Assembly (NCBI GenBank): GCA_964243365.1
Contig: CAXTEL010000008.1
Span: 7,123-71,122 of the forward strand
DNA length: 64,000 nt
Direction: 5' to 3'
From: an uncultured Roseomonas sp.
GTDB taxonomy: Bacteria > Pseudomonadota > Alphaproteobacteria > Acetobacterales > Acetobacteraceae
A program made the translations under genes and the position numbers. Shown here in pieces: positions 40,380 through 50,671 of the stretch (its first letter is position 1; every line of letters starts with the position of its first letter). The notes below the pieces were generated by a model that was not told the DNA's origin, ran no database searches, and worked only from the letters and a program-made list of their open reading frames with translations.

Positions 40380-41978
40380 ATGCAGCGACGCGCATTCCTC
40401 AGGACTGGTGCAGGCTTGGGCGCCGTCGCGGTGGCCGGCGGGCTGGCGGCCCCGGCGCTGTCCCAGGGGACCGCGGCGCGGACGCTGCGCTTCGTTCCCC
40501 AGGCCAACCTCGCCAACTTCGACCCGGTCTGGGGCACGCAGTACGTCGTTCGCAACGCCGCCGCCATGGTGTGGGATACGCTGTACGGCTGGGATAGCCA
40601 ACTCCGCCCGCAGCGGCAGATGGTGGAAAGCGAGGAGAACAGCGCCGATGGCCTGACCTGGACCTTCCGCCTCCGCCCGAACCTGCGATTCCACGACGGC
40701 GAGCCGGTGCTGGCCCGCGACGCGGTCGCCAGCCTGAACCGCTGGGCGGTGCGCGACCCGATGGGGCAGGGCATCCGCGCGGTGCAGGAGGAACTGGTCG
40801 CGGTGGACGACCGAACCTTCCGCTGGCGGCTGCGCGCGCCCTACCCGAAGATGATCCTGGCGCTGGCCAAGGCCAACGCGCCGTGCTCCTTCGTGATGCC
40901 CGAGCGCATCGCCCGCACCGACCCGTTCTCCCAGATCGGCGAGTACGTCGGCTCCGGCCCCTTCCGTTTCGCGAAGAACGAGTGGGTGCCCGGCGCCAGG
41001 GCGGTGTTCGAGCGGTTCGACGGCTACGTCCCGCGCGACGAGCCACCGTCCTGGCTGGCCGGCGGCAAGCGGGTGATGGTGGACCGGGTAGAATGGGTGA
41101 TCATGCCCGATCCCGCCACCGCTTCGGCCGCGCTGCAGAACGGCGAGGTCGACTGGTGGGAGAACCCGATCAGCGACCTGGTGCCCACCCTGCGCCGCAA
41201 CCGCAACGTGTCGGTCGACATCGCCGACCCGTTCGGCAACATTGGCGCCTTCCGCTTCAACCACCTGCAACCGCCGTTCAACGACGTGCGGGCGCGGCGT
41301 GCCGTGATGATGGCGCTGGACCAGGAGGACTACATGCGCGCCCTGGTGGGCGACGACGAGGCGCTGTGGAAGCGGCTGCCGGGCTTCTTCACCCCCGAAA
41401 CGCCGCTCTACACGGAAGCCGGCAGCGACCTGCTCAAGATGCACAACGTGGAGGCTGCAAAGAAGCTCCTCGCCGACAGCGGCCTCGCCGGGCAGTCGGT
41501 CACCTGCGTGGTGGCGCAGGACCAGCCGATCACCAAGGCATTCGGCGACGTCACCGCCGACCTGCTCAAGCGCATCGGCTTCAACGTGGACTTCGTGGCC
41601 ACCGACTGGGGCACGGTGGGCTCGCGCCGTGCGTCCAAGGCGCCGCCCGCCCAGGGCGGCTGGAACATGTTCCACACTTGGCACGCCGGCGCCGACTGCA
41701 CCAACCCGTCCGCCTACACCGCGATCCGCGCCAACGGCGACGGCGCTTGGTTCGGCTGGCCCAAATCCGACGAGGTCGAGTCAGCGCGCGACGCTTGGTT
41801 CGCCGCCACCACGCCGGACGCCGAGAAGACCGCCATCGACGCGCTCAACGCCCGCGCCGTCGATTTCGGCCTGTACGCGCCCACCGGCTTCTTCCGCTCC
41901 TACCAGGCGTGGCGCAAGAACCTCACCGGCGTGGTGGCGGGGCCGCTGCCGTTCTTCTGGGGCGTGTCGAAGGGCTGA
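40380..41978 (+). CDS. ABC transporter substrate-binding protein, family 5, Tat signal, copy 2
   Basis: MQRRAFLRTGAGLGAVA. WTFRLRPNLRFHDGEPV. Collinear with copy 1. Confidence 0.85.
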   Translation: MQRRAFLRTGAGLGAVAVAGGLAAPALSQGTAARTLRFVPQANLANFDPVWGTQYVVRNAAAMVWDTLYGWDSQLRPQRQMVESEENSADGLTWTFRLRPNLRFHDGEPVLARDAVASLNRWAVRDPMGQGIRAVQEELVAVDDRTFRWRLRAPYPKMILALAKANAPCSFVMPERIARTDPFSQIGEYVGSGPFRFAKNEWVPGARAVFERFDGYVPRDEPPSWLAGGKRVMVDRVEWVIMPDPATASAALQNGEVDWWENPISDLVPTLRRNRNVSVDIADPFGNIGAFRFNHLQPPFNDVRARRAVMMALDQEDYMRALVGDDEALWKRLPGFFTPETPLYTEAGSDLLKMHNVEAAKKLLADSGLAGQSVTCVVAQDQPITKAFGDVTADLLKRIGFNVDFVATDWGTVGSRRASKAPPAQGGWNMFHTWHAGADCTNPSAYTAIRANGDGAWFGWPKSDEVESARDAWFAATTPDAEKTAIDALNARAVDFGLYAPTGFFRSYQAWRKNLTGVVAGPLPFFWGVSKG

Positions 41979-41999
41979 TCGGGGAGGGCCGGGACACCG

Positions 42000-42941
42000 A
42001 TGCTGGCCTACTTCATCCGCCGCGTGCTCGCCACGATCCCCGTCATGGCGATCGTGGCGCTGTTCGTGTTCTCGCTGCTTTACCTCGCTCCGGGGGACCC
42101 GGCGGCGGTGATCGCCGGCGACCAGGCGTCCCCGGCCGACGTGGACCGCATCCGCGCCAGCCTCGGGCTGGACCGGCCGTTCCTCGTGCGCTTCGGGGAA
42201 TGGTCCTGGCGCATCCTGCGCGGCGATCTCGGCACCTCGATCTTCACCAACCTCCCCGTCACCACGATGATCGCCCAGCGCATCGAGCCGACGCTGTCGC
42301 TGATGGTGATCACGCTGATCCTGGCCGTCTCGCTCGCGGTGCCGATGGGCGTGCTGGCGGCTTGGCGCGCGGGGAGCTGGCTCGACCGCGCGGTGATGGG
42401 CTTCGCCGTGCTCGGCTTCTCGGTGCCGGTGTTCGTGGTGGGCTACGTGCTGGCTTACGTCTTCGCCCTGGAACTGGAATGGCTGCCGGTGCAGGGCTAC
42501 ACGCCCTTCGCGCGCGGGCTCGGGCCTTGGATCACCAACCTGATCCTGCCGGCGGTGGCGCTGGGCGGCGTCTACATCGCGCTGATCGCCCGCATCACCC
42601 GCGCCACCATGCTCGAGGTTCTGCAGCAGGACTACATCCGCACCGCGCGCGCCAAGGGACTCGGCCAGCGCGGCATCCTGTTCCTGCACGCGCTCAAGAA
42701 CGCCGCCGTGCCGATCGTCACCGTGATCGGCATCGGCGTGGCGCTGCTCATCGGCGGCGCCGTGGTCACCGAGAGTGTGTTCGCCATACCCGGCCTGGGC
42801 CGGCTGACCGTGGACGCGATCCTGCGGCGCGACTACCCCGTGATCCAGGGCGTCGTGCTGCTGTTCTCCTTCGTCTACGTGCTGGTCAACTTGGGCATCG
42901 ACCTCCTCTACACCCTGTTCGACCCGAGGATCCGCTATTGA
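42000..42941 (+). CDS. ABC transporter permease (DppB/OppB-like)
   Basis: 313 aa. [15 protein letters not shown] start and the [12 protein letters not shown]-loop region. Confidence 0.9.
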   Translation: MLAYFIRRVLATIPVMAIVALFVFSLLYLAPGDPAAVIAGDQASPADVDRIRASLGLDRPFLVRFGEWSWRILRGDLGTSIFTNLPVTTMIAQRIEPTLSLMVITLILAVSLAVPMGVLAAWRAGSWLDRAVMGFAVLGFSVPVFVVGYVLAYVFALELEWLPVQGYTPFARGLGPWITNLILPAVALGGVYIALIARITRATMLEVLQQDYIRTARAKGLGQRGILFLHALKNAAVPIVTVIGIGVALLIGGAVVTESVFAIPGLGRLTVDAILRRDYPVIQGVVLLFSFVYVLVNLGIDLLYTLFDPRIRY

Positions 42942-43857
42942 GCACCGCCGCCGTCGAAACCTTCGGCGCCGCCGCCGGGCCCGCGGCCGCGGCGCCGCTG
43001 CCCGACGTGCTGCCGCCCATCCGCGCCCGCCGCGGCGCCTGGGGCTTCGTGCGCCGCAACCCCACCATCGCGCTGGGCGGCCTGCTGCTGCTGCTGATGC
43101 TGGCGATGGCGGTGTTCGCGCCGCTGCTGTTCACCGCCGACCCCACCGCGCTCGCCCCGGCACGCCGCACCCGCGAGCCCTCCGCCACCTACTGGTTCGG
43201 CACCGACATGCTGGGCCGCGACATATACTCGCGCGTGCTCTACGGCGCCCGCGTGTCGCTCACCGTGGGCTTCTCGGTGGCGATCCTGTCCTCGATCGTC
43301 GGCCTCGCCATCGGCCTGTTCGCGGGCTTCGTGCGCTGGGCCGACACGGTGGTGATGCGGATCATGGACGGGCTGATGTCGATACCCTCCATCCTGCTGG
43401 CCATCGCGCTGATGGCGCTCACCCGCGGCTCGGTCGGCAACGTCGTGCTCGCCATCACGGTGGCCGAGATCCCGCGCGTTTCACGGCTCGTGCGCGGCGT
43501 GGTGCTGTCGCTTCGCGAGCAGCCCTACGTGGATGCGGCGGTGGCGTCCGGCACGCGAGTGCCGATGATCATGCTGCGCCACATCCTGCCCAACACCCTG
43601 GCGCCGCTGACGGTGCAGGCGACCTACATCTGTGCCTCGGCCATGATCACCGAGGCCATCCTGAGCTTCATCGGTGCCGGCACGCCGCCCACCATCCCGT
43701 CGTGGGGCAACATCATGGCCGAGGGCCGGGCGCTGTGGCAGGTCAAGCCCTACATCGTGTTCTTCCCCGCGATCTTCCTGTCGATCACCGTGCTGGCGGT
43801 GAACCTGCTCGGCGACGGGCTGCGGGACGCGCTCGACCCGCGCATGGCGCGCAACCC

Positions 43858-43861
<4 letters not shown>
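42938..43861 (+). CDS. ABC transporter permease (DppC/OppC-like)
   Basis: TTGA overlap. [19 protein letters not shown] and YVDAAVASG motifs. The exact start is uncertain. Confidence 0.85.
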
Positions 43862-44867
<1,006 letters not shown>

Positions 44868-44871
<4 letters not shown>

Positions 44872-45893
44872 GTGCGGCCCCGATCCTGGAGGTCCACGAC
44901 CTCAAGAAGCACTTTCCCCTGCGCGGCGGCCTGATGGGCGGCGTCACGGGGGTGGTGCACGCGGTGGACGGTGTGTCCTTCTCCATCGCGCGCGGCGAAA
45001 CGCTGTCGCTGGTGGGCGAGTCCGGCTGCGGCAAGTCCACCGTGGGCAAAGCCATTCTGCGCCTGTTCGACGTCACCGACGGGCAGGTGGTGCTCGACGG
45101 CGTGCGGATCGACACCATGCCGCTGGGCACGCTGCGGCCGATGCGACGGCGCATGCAGGTGGTGTTCCAAGACCCGTTCTCATCGCTCAACCCGCGCATG
45201 CGGGTGCGCGACATCCTGGCCGAGCCGATCCGCAACTTCGGCTTGGCGAGGAACCGCGCCGAACTGGACCGCAAGCTCGCGGCGCTGATGGACACCGTGC
45301 GCCTGCCGCGCGAGGCGATCGGCCGCTGGCCGCACGAGTTCTCCGGCGGCCAGCGCCAGCGCATCGGCATCGCCCGGGCGCTGGCCGCCGAGCCCGACCT
45401 GATCATCTGCGACGAGGCGGTCTCGGCGCTGGACGTGTCGGTCAAGGCGCAAATCGTCAACCTGCTGGGCGACCTGCAGCGGGAACTGGGGCTGGCGCTG
45501 CTGTTCATCTCGCACGACCTCGCCATCGTCGAGCACATGACGCACCGGGTGGCAGTGATGTACCTGGGCAAGATTGTCGAGGTGGCGCCGCGCCGGATGC
45601 TGTTCGCCGCGCCGAAGCACCCCTACACCGAGGCCCTGCTCTCCGCCGTGCCGGTTCCCGAGCCGGGCGCGTCGCGACGGCGCATCATACTCAAGGGCGA
45701 CGTGCCCAGCCCGGTCAACCCGCCGCCGGGCTGCCGCTTCCACACCCGCTGCCCCTACGTCTTCGACCGTTGCCGGGTGGAGGAGCCGCCGCTCGGCCTG
45801 ACCGAAGGTGGCCACTTCGCCGCCTGCCACCTGCACGACCTGCCGGCGGCGGAGAACCCGCTGGCGCGCAACACCCCTGCCGCCGCCGCGTAG
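44868..45893 (+). CDS. ABC transporter ATP-binding protein (DppF/OppF-like)
   Basis: GTGA overlap. [29 protein letters not shown] and CRFHTRCP. Confidence 0.9.
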
Positions 45894-46012
45894 GGGAGGG
45901 TTCCGGCCCGCGGGCCGCTTGACGCGGCCCCCCGCGGGGCAAGACTCTGGGACGGAGCGCGGCGGCGGCCCCCGGGCACCGTTTCGCGCGCATCGAAGCT
46001 GGGAGAAGCACC

Positions 46013-46516
46013 ATGCCGCAGGTCTCGCTGACCGTGAACAGCCGGCCGCAGTCGGTGGAGGTCGAGGGGCGCACGCTGCTGGTGGAGCTGCTGCGCGAAA
46101 CGCTGCGGCTGACCGGCACCCACGTGGGCTGCGACACCAGCCAGTGCGGCTCCTGCGTGGTGCACGTGGACGGCGAGAGCGTGAAGGCGTGCACCATGCT
46201 CGCGGTGCAGGCAGAGGGCACGAACGTCCTCACCATCGAGGGCCTCGCGAACCCGGATGGCACGCTTCACCCGATGCAGGAGGCATTCCGCGAGTACCAC
46301 GCGCTGCAATGCGGCTACTGCACGCCGGGCATGGTCATGTCGGCCATCGACCTCGTGCGCAAGCACCCCGAGGGGTTGTCGGACCACGAGATCCGCCGCG
46401 GTCTGGAAGGCAACCTGTGCCGCTGCACCGGTTACCACAACATCGTCAAGGCGATCGCCGCCGCCCAGGAGGTCATGCACGGCCGCGCGCCCGAGCTGGC
46501 CCGGGCGGGGGCCTGA
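46013..46516 (+). CDS. (2Fe-2S)-binding small subunit of a molybdo-hydroxylase (CoxS-like)
   Basis: [12 protein letters not shown] and QCGYCTPGM cluster motifs. 167 aa. Confidence 0.9.
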   Translation: MPQVSLTVNSRPQSVEVEGRTLLVELLRETLRLTGTHVGCDTSQCGSCVVHVDGESVKACTMLAVQAEGTNVLTIEGLANPDGTLHPMQEAFREYHALQCGYCTPGMVMSAIDLVRKHPEGLSDHEIRRGLEGNLCRCTGYHNIVKAIAAAQEVMHGRAPELARAGA

Positions 46517-46532
46517 GGGAAGGGGACGCGCC

Positions 46533-47324
46533 GTGCACGATTTCGCCTACCATAAGCCAACCTCGGTCGCCGCCGCGGTGGCGCTGCTGGCCGACCCCGA
46601 GGCGCGGCCCATCTCCGGCGGCCAGACGCTGCTGCCGGCGCTGAAGCACCGTCTCGACCGCCCGTCGGCGCTGGTGGACCTCTCGGGGATCGCCGAGCTG
46701 CGCGGCGTCCGGCGCGAGGGCGACGCGCTGGTGATCGGCGCCATGACCCGGCACGACCAGGTCAACACCGACCCGCTGATCGTGGGCGCGATCCCCGCGC
46801 TGGCCCGCATGGCCGGCATCGTCGGCGATACCCAGGTTCGCAACCGCGGCACCATGGGCGGGTCGCTCGCCAACAACGACCCCGCCGCCGACTACCCCGC
46901 CGCCGCCCTGGCGCTGGGCGCGACCCTGGTGACCGACCGGCGCAGCATCGCGGCGGACGACTACTTCCTGGGCATGTTCTCCACCGCGCTGGAGCCCGGC
47001 GAGCTGCTGGTGGCCGTTCGCCTGCCGATCCCCGAGAAGGCCGGCTACGCCAAGATGCGCAACCCGGCCTCGCGCTACGTCATGGCGGGCGTGTTCGTGG
47101 CGCGCGGCCCGGTCGGCGTGCGGGTGGTGGTCAACGGCGCAGGTCCCGGCGTGTTCCGCCAGGCGACGATGGAAGCGGCGCTGGCGGCGGACTGGTCGCC
47201 CGGCGCGGTGAGCGGCATCCGCCAGTCGCCCGACGGGCTGAACGCCGACATCCACGGCGGCGCCGAGTACCGGGCCCACCTAGTCACGGTGATGGCCGGG
47301 CGGGCCGTGCTCGACGCCGGCTGA
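46533..47324 (+). CDS. FAD-binding medium subunit of a molybdo-hydroxylase (CoxM-like)
   Basis: [30 protein letters not shown] and [13 protein letters not shown] 46533. Confidence 0.85.
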   Translation: MHDFAYHKPTSVAAAVALLADPEARPISGGQTLLPALKHRLDRPSALVDLSGIAELRGVRREGDALVIGAMTRHDQVNTDPLIVGAIPALARMAGIVGDTQVRNRGTMGGSLANNDPAADYPAAALALGATLVTDRRSIAADDYFLGMFSTALEPGELLVAVRLPIPEKAGYAKMRNPASRYVMAGVFVARGPVGVRVVVNGAGPGVFRQATMEAALAADWSPGAVSGIRQSPDGLNADIHGGAEYRAHLVTVMAGRAVLDAG

Positions 47325-47493
47325 GATCATCGGCTCGGCGGCGCCGCCGGACCCGCGTCGCGAGCGCCGCCCGCCAGGGCGCGAGGCGGGTGCGGGCAGG
47401 GGTCCCGACGCGAGCCGGACGCCGCCGAATCAAGGGGACGGATCAATTTCGATCCGAGGTTACGTCTGGAAATCCAAGGAGGGGCGTGCCAGC

Positions 47494-47547
47494 ATGAATG
47501 CACCGACCCTGCATCCCGTCGGGTCGCGTCAGTCTGCGTGGGTATAG
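47494..47547 (+). promoter_or_regulatory. 17-codon upstream ORF in the cold-shock gene leader, served by the only strong SD
   Basis: AAGGAGG at 47476-47482, ATG at 47494, peptide MNAPTLHPVGSRQSAWV, TAG at 47545-47547. It overlaps the GTG at 47538 and ends 6 nt before the in-frame GTG at 47553. Confidence 0.35.
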
Positions 47548-48353
47548 AGACAGTGTTTCCCGACAATGATTCCCAGGGCGGCACCGGGTCCGTCGAGGCC
47601 GAGGTGAAGTGGTACAACGGGCGCAAGGGCTTCGGCTTCGTGCTCGGCCCCGATGGGCAGGACGTGTTTTTCCACGCCTCTGCGCTCACCGAGGCGGGCA
47701 TCGAGCCGCCTGACACCGGTGACAAGCTGATGTGCGAGATCGGCACGGACCGCCAGGGCCGCCGCCTCGTGACGCGTATCTCCGAGCTGCGGAAGGGTCC
47801 GGGCGGCGGCGGCGGCGGCGGCGGCGGTTTCGGCGACCGTCCACCCCCGCGCCGGGATTTCGGCGACCGCCCGCCCCGGCGTGACTTCGGCGGCGGCGGT
47901 GGCGGTTTCGGCGACCGTCCGCCCCCGCGTCGCGACTTCGGCGGTGGCGGCGGCGGTTTCGGTGGTGGCGGCTACGGCGGCGGTGGCGGCTTCGGTGCCC
48001 CGCGCGGCCCCGGCGGCGGCTTCGGTGGCGGCGGTAGCAGCTTCGGCGGCGGCGGCGGTGGCTTCGGCGCCCCGCGCGGTCCCGGCGGCTTCGGCGACCG
48101 TCCGCCTCCGCGCCGGGATTCCGGGCGCGACGAGGGCGGGCCGACCTACGCCATCAACGGCACCGTGAAGTGGTTCGACCAGGTGCGCGGCTTCGGCTTC
48201 GTCACCCCCGAGGACGGCGGACAGGACGTGTTCCTGCATTCCTCCGTGCTGCAGCGCGCGGGTGTGGCCGACGTGCAGCAGGGCCAGAAGGTGAACCTTG
48301 AGGTGCGCGACGGGCAGCGCGGCCGTCAGGCCGTGATCCTCAAGGACAACTGA
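47538..48353 (+). CDS. Cold-shock-domain protein with two CSDs and a long Gly/Arg/Pro repeat linker
   Basis: CSD1: KWYNGRKGFGFV...VFFHASAL. CSD2: KWFDQVRGFGFV...VFLHSSVL. The linker has FGDRPPPRRD-type repeats x4 and FGAPRGPGG x2. The start (GTG 47538 or 47553) is uncertain. Confidence 0.9.
   Translation: MGIETVFPDNDSQGGTGSVEAEVKWYNGRKGFGFVLGPDGQDVFFHASALTEAGIEPPDTGDKLMCEIGTDRQGRRLVTRISELRKGPGGGGGGGGGFGDRPPPRRDFGDRPPRRDFGGGGGGFGDRPPPRRDFGGGGGGFGGGGYGGGGGFGAPRGPGGGFGGGGSSFGGGGGGFGAPRGPGGFGDRPPPRRDSGRDEGGPTYAINGTVKWFDQVRGFGFVTPEDGGQDVFLHSSVLQRAGVADVQQGQKVNLEVRDGQRGRQAVILKDN
47796..48134 (+). repeat. In-frame low-complexity repeat region (Gly runs, FGDRPPPRRDFGGGGGG units)
   Basis: About aa 87-199 of the CSD protein. 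The DNA shows repeated GGCGGTTTCGGCGACCGTCC(A/G)CCCCCGCG units and (GGC)n runs. Confidence 0.9.
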
Positions 48354-48380
48354 CTCCCTGCGTCATCGGGAACGGTTCCG

Positions 48381-48420
48381 GAAGCCCCGGCGCAGCGATG
48401 CGCCGGGGCTTCTTCGTATC
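48381..48420 (+). terminator. Rho-independent terminator of the cold-shock gene
   Basis: Perfect 14-bp stem GAAGCCCCGGCGCA / TGCGCCGGGGCTTC with loop GCGA, followed by TTCGTAT. Confidence 0.8.
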
Positions 48421-48519
48421 CGGACTCCGCCGCCGTTAACCTTCGGTTCAGCTGTGGATGGTCATCTCCGGGGTGAGCAGCGCGGCGCGGCGTCGTGCCG
48501 GTTCGGAAGGGAAACTCCG

Positions 48520-49464
48520 ATGGCACGCAGTTCCTTAAACACCGACATGGGCGCCGTGGTCGCGCTCCAGCCGCTCAACCGCACCAGCGACGCGCCGCAG
48601 AGCACCCGCGAGCGCATCAGCACCGGCACGTGGGTGTCCGACGCCCGGGACGATGGCGTCGGCTTCGCCATCGTCCAGACCGTGCGCTCCGGCGTGGCCA
48701 GCTTGTCCACGGCCAACAGCCAGTTCGACGGCGTGCAGGGCCTGCCGACCACGACCGCCAAGGCGCTGGGAACCGGGGAAAGGGTTTCCGGCGAGGCGAT
48801 CAGGATGCGCGAGCTGCTGGTCAACCTGTCCGACACCACGCTCGACGACGAGAACCGCGAAACCTACAGCGACGACTTCAATAAAATGGTCCGGAAGACG
48901 AACTTCATTCTCTCCAGCGCCACCCGCAACGGCCGTTCGATGATCGCGAACGACGAGAACGTTGAGGGTCTCAGTATCGCTGGCACGGTGGGCGCGACCC
49001 TGACCTTCGACACGGCCATCAACATCAGCACGGGGGATGTCGCTACCGGCACGCCCGGCGCCGACTTCGCGCCGGAGCCCTCGGGCCTACCGGCGTCGAG
49101 CGTCATGACCGCGCCGCGAGCGCAGGCTCTCCTGGGCAGCGGCTTGGTCGCGGACTCGCCCAACGTCCGCGCGAGCGACGGCGGCACCCCCGCAGCGATG
49201 AGGACCTTCGCCGAGGTGCAAACGGCGGTGAACGACGCGCTGAGCGAGTTCGGCGGCGCGGTGAACCACATCAGTTCGCGGATCGACCTCGACGAGGCCG
49301 AGCTCGACGCGATGGAAGGTGGCCTGGGCGCATTGATCGACGCCGACCTCGCCGAGGAATCCGCGCGCCTCCAAGCGCTGCAGATCCGCCAGCAGCTGGG
49401 CACGCAGTCCCTGGGGATCGCCAACCAGGCGCCCCAAGCCCTGCTCAGCCTGTTCCGGGGCTGA
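48520..49464 (+). CDS. Flagellin (short, about 314 aa)
   Basis: N-terminus SLNTDMGAVVALQPLNRT...RISTGTWVSDARDDGVGFAI. Canonical C-terminus [33 protein letters not shown]. Confidence 0.75.
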   Translation: MARSSLNTDMGAVVALQPLNRTSDAPQSTRERISTGTWVSDARDDGVGFAIVQTVRSGVASLSTANSQFDGVQGLPTTTAKALGTGERVSGEAIRMRELLVNLSDTTLDDENRETYSDDFNKMVRKTNFILSSATRNGRSMIANDENVEGLSIAGTVGATLTFDTAINISTGDVATGTPGADFAPEPSGLPASSVMTAPRAQALLGSGLVADSPNVRASDGGTPAAMRTFAEVQTAVNDALSEFGGAVNHISSRIDLDEAELDAMEGGLGALIDADLAEESARLQALQIRQQLGTQSLGIANQAPQALLSLFRG

Positions 49465-50671
49465 CGGGCACGCCGGCCACGACCCGCCCGACGCAGGGGG
49501 CGCCGCCGATCCAGTAGGCCAGCTCCGCCGGGCGCGAGACGCGGAACAGCGCGAGGTCGCAGCGCAGCCCCGGCGCCAGCCGTCCCCGGTCCCGCAAGCC
49601 CAGCGCGGCGGCCGCGTGCCGGGTGACGCCCAGCAGTGCCTCAGCCACCGTCAGTCCGTACAGCGTGCAGCCCAGGTTCAGCGTCAGCAGCAGCGACCGG
49701 ACGGGCGAAGAGCCGGGGTTCATGTCGGTCGCCAGCGCCATCGGCAGCCCCGCCAGCCGCATGGCCGCGACGTCGGGCCGGCGCGCCTCGCGCAGGAAGT
49801 AGGTGGCGCCGGGCAGCAGCACCGCGACGGTGCCCGCCCGCGCCATCTCCGTCAGCCCCGCCGGGTTCGCGTGCTCCAGGTGATCGGCCGACAGCGCGCC
49901 GTGCGCCGCCGCCAGCGCTGCGCCACCGAAGTCGCAGAGCTGGTCGGCGTGCAGCTTCACCGGCATGCCGTGGCGCCGCGCCGCGTCGAAGACCACCGCC
50001 GTCTCGGCGGCCGTGAAGGCGATCCGGTCGCAGAAGACGTCCACAGCGTCCGCCAGCCCGCGCGCGGCGGGAACCATCTCCCCGGCGACGTGGCTGACGT
50101 AGTCGCCCCGACGACCGGCGAACTCCGGCGGCACGGCGTGCGCCGCCAGCAGCGAGGTCGCCACCGACACGGGCGCCTCGCGCCCGAGCCGCCGGGCGAC
50201 GCGCAGCATCCGCAACTCCACGTCCAGCGCCAGGCCGTAGCCGGACTTGATCTCCACCGTGGTCACGCCCTCGCGCATCAACGCGTCCAGCCGCGGCCGC
50301 GAGGCGTCGAGCAGCGCGTCCTCCGACGTGGCGCGCGTCGCCCGGACGGTGGACAGGATGCCGCCGCCCTCGCGCGCGATCTCCTCGTAGCCGGCGCCGC
50401 CGAGCCGCCGCTCCCATTCCGCCGAACGGTCGCCGGCGAAGACGAGGTGCGTGTGGCAGTCCACCAGCCCGGGCAGCAGGTGCGCGCCGCCGCAGTCGAT
50501 CACCTCCGCCGCCGGCGCGGGCAGCAGGTCCCGCCGCGCGCCCACCCAGGCGATCCGCCCGTCCCGCGCCGCCACGGCGCCGTCCGGCACCACGCCCAGC
50601 GGCGCGTCCGGCGGCCCGTCCATGGTGACCAGGGTGCAGTTCACCCAGGCCCGGTCGCGGCCCGCGCTCAC
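49445..50671 (-). CDS. hutI: Imidazolonepropionase
   Basis: [21 protein letters not shown] and KLHADQL. GTG 50671 in a GTGA overlap with the hutH stop. Confidence 0.93.
   Translation of the reverse strand: MSAGRDRAWVNCTLVTMDGPPDAPLGVVPDGAVAARDGRIAWVGARRDLLPAPAAEVIDCGGAHLLPGLVDCHTHLVFAGDRSAEWERRLGGAGYEEIAREGGGILSTVRATRATSEDALLDASRPRLDALMREGVTTVEIKSGYGLALDVELRMLRVARRLGREAPVSVATSLLAAHAVPPEFAGRRGDYVSHVAGEMVPAARGLADAVDVFCDRIAFTAAETAVVFDAARRHGMPVKLHADQLCDFGGAALAAAHGALSADHLEHANPAGLTEMARAGTVAVLLPGATYFLREARRPDVAAMRLAGLPMALATDMNPGSSPVRSLLLTLNLGCTLYGLTVAEALLGVTRHAAAALGLRDRGRLAPGLRCDLALFRVSRPAELAYWIGGAPCVGRVVAGVPVSPGTG

Noticed and set aside
40883-42937. N-terminal 685 codons of the 992-aa plus-strand ORF ending at 43861
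   Set aside because: This part runs in an alternative frame through the second binding-protein gene and dppB. Only the last 307 codons (from TTG 42938) look like a DppC permease.
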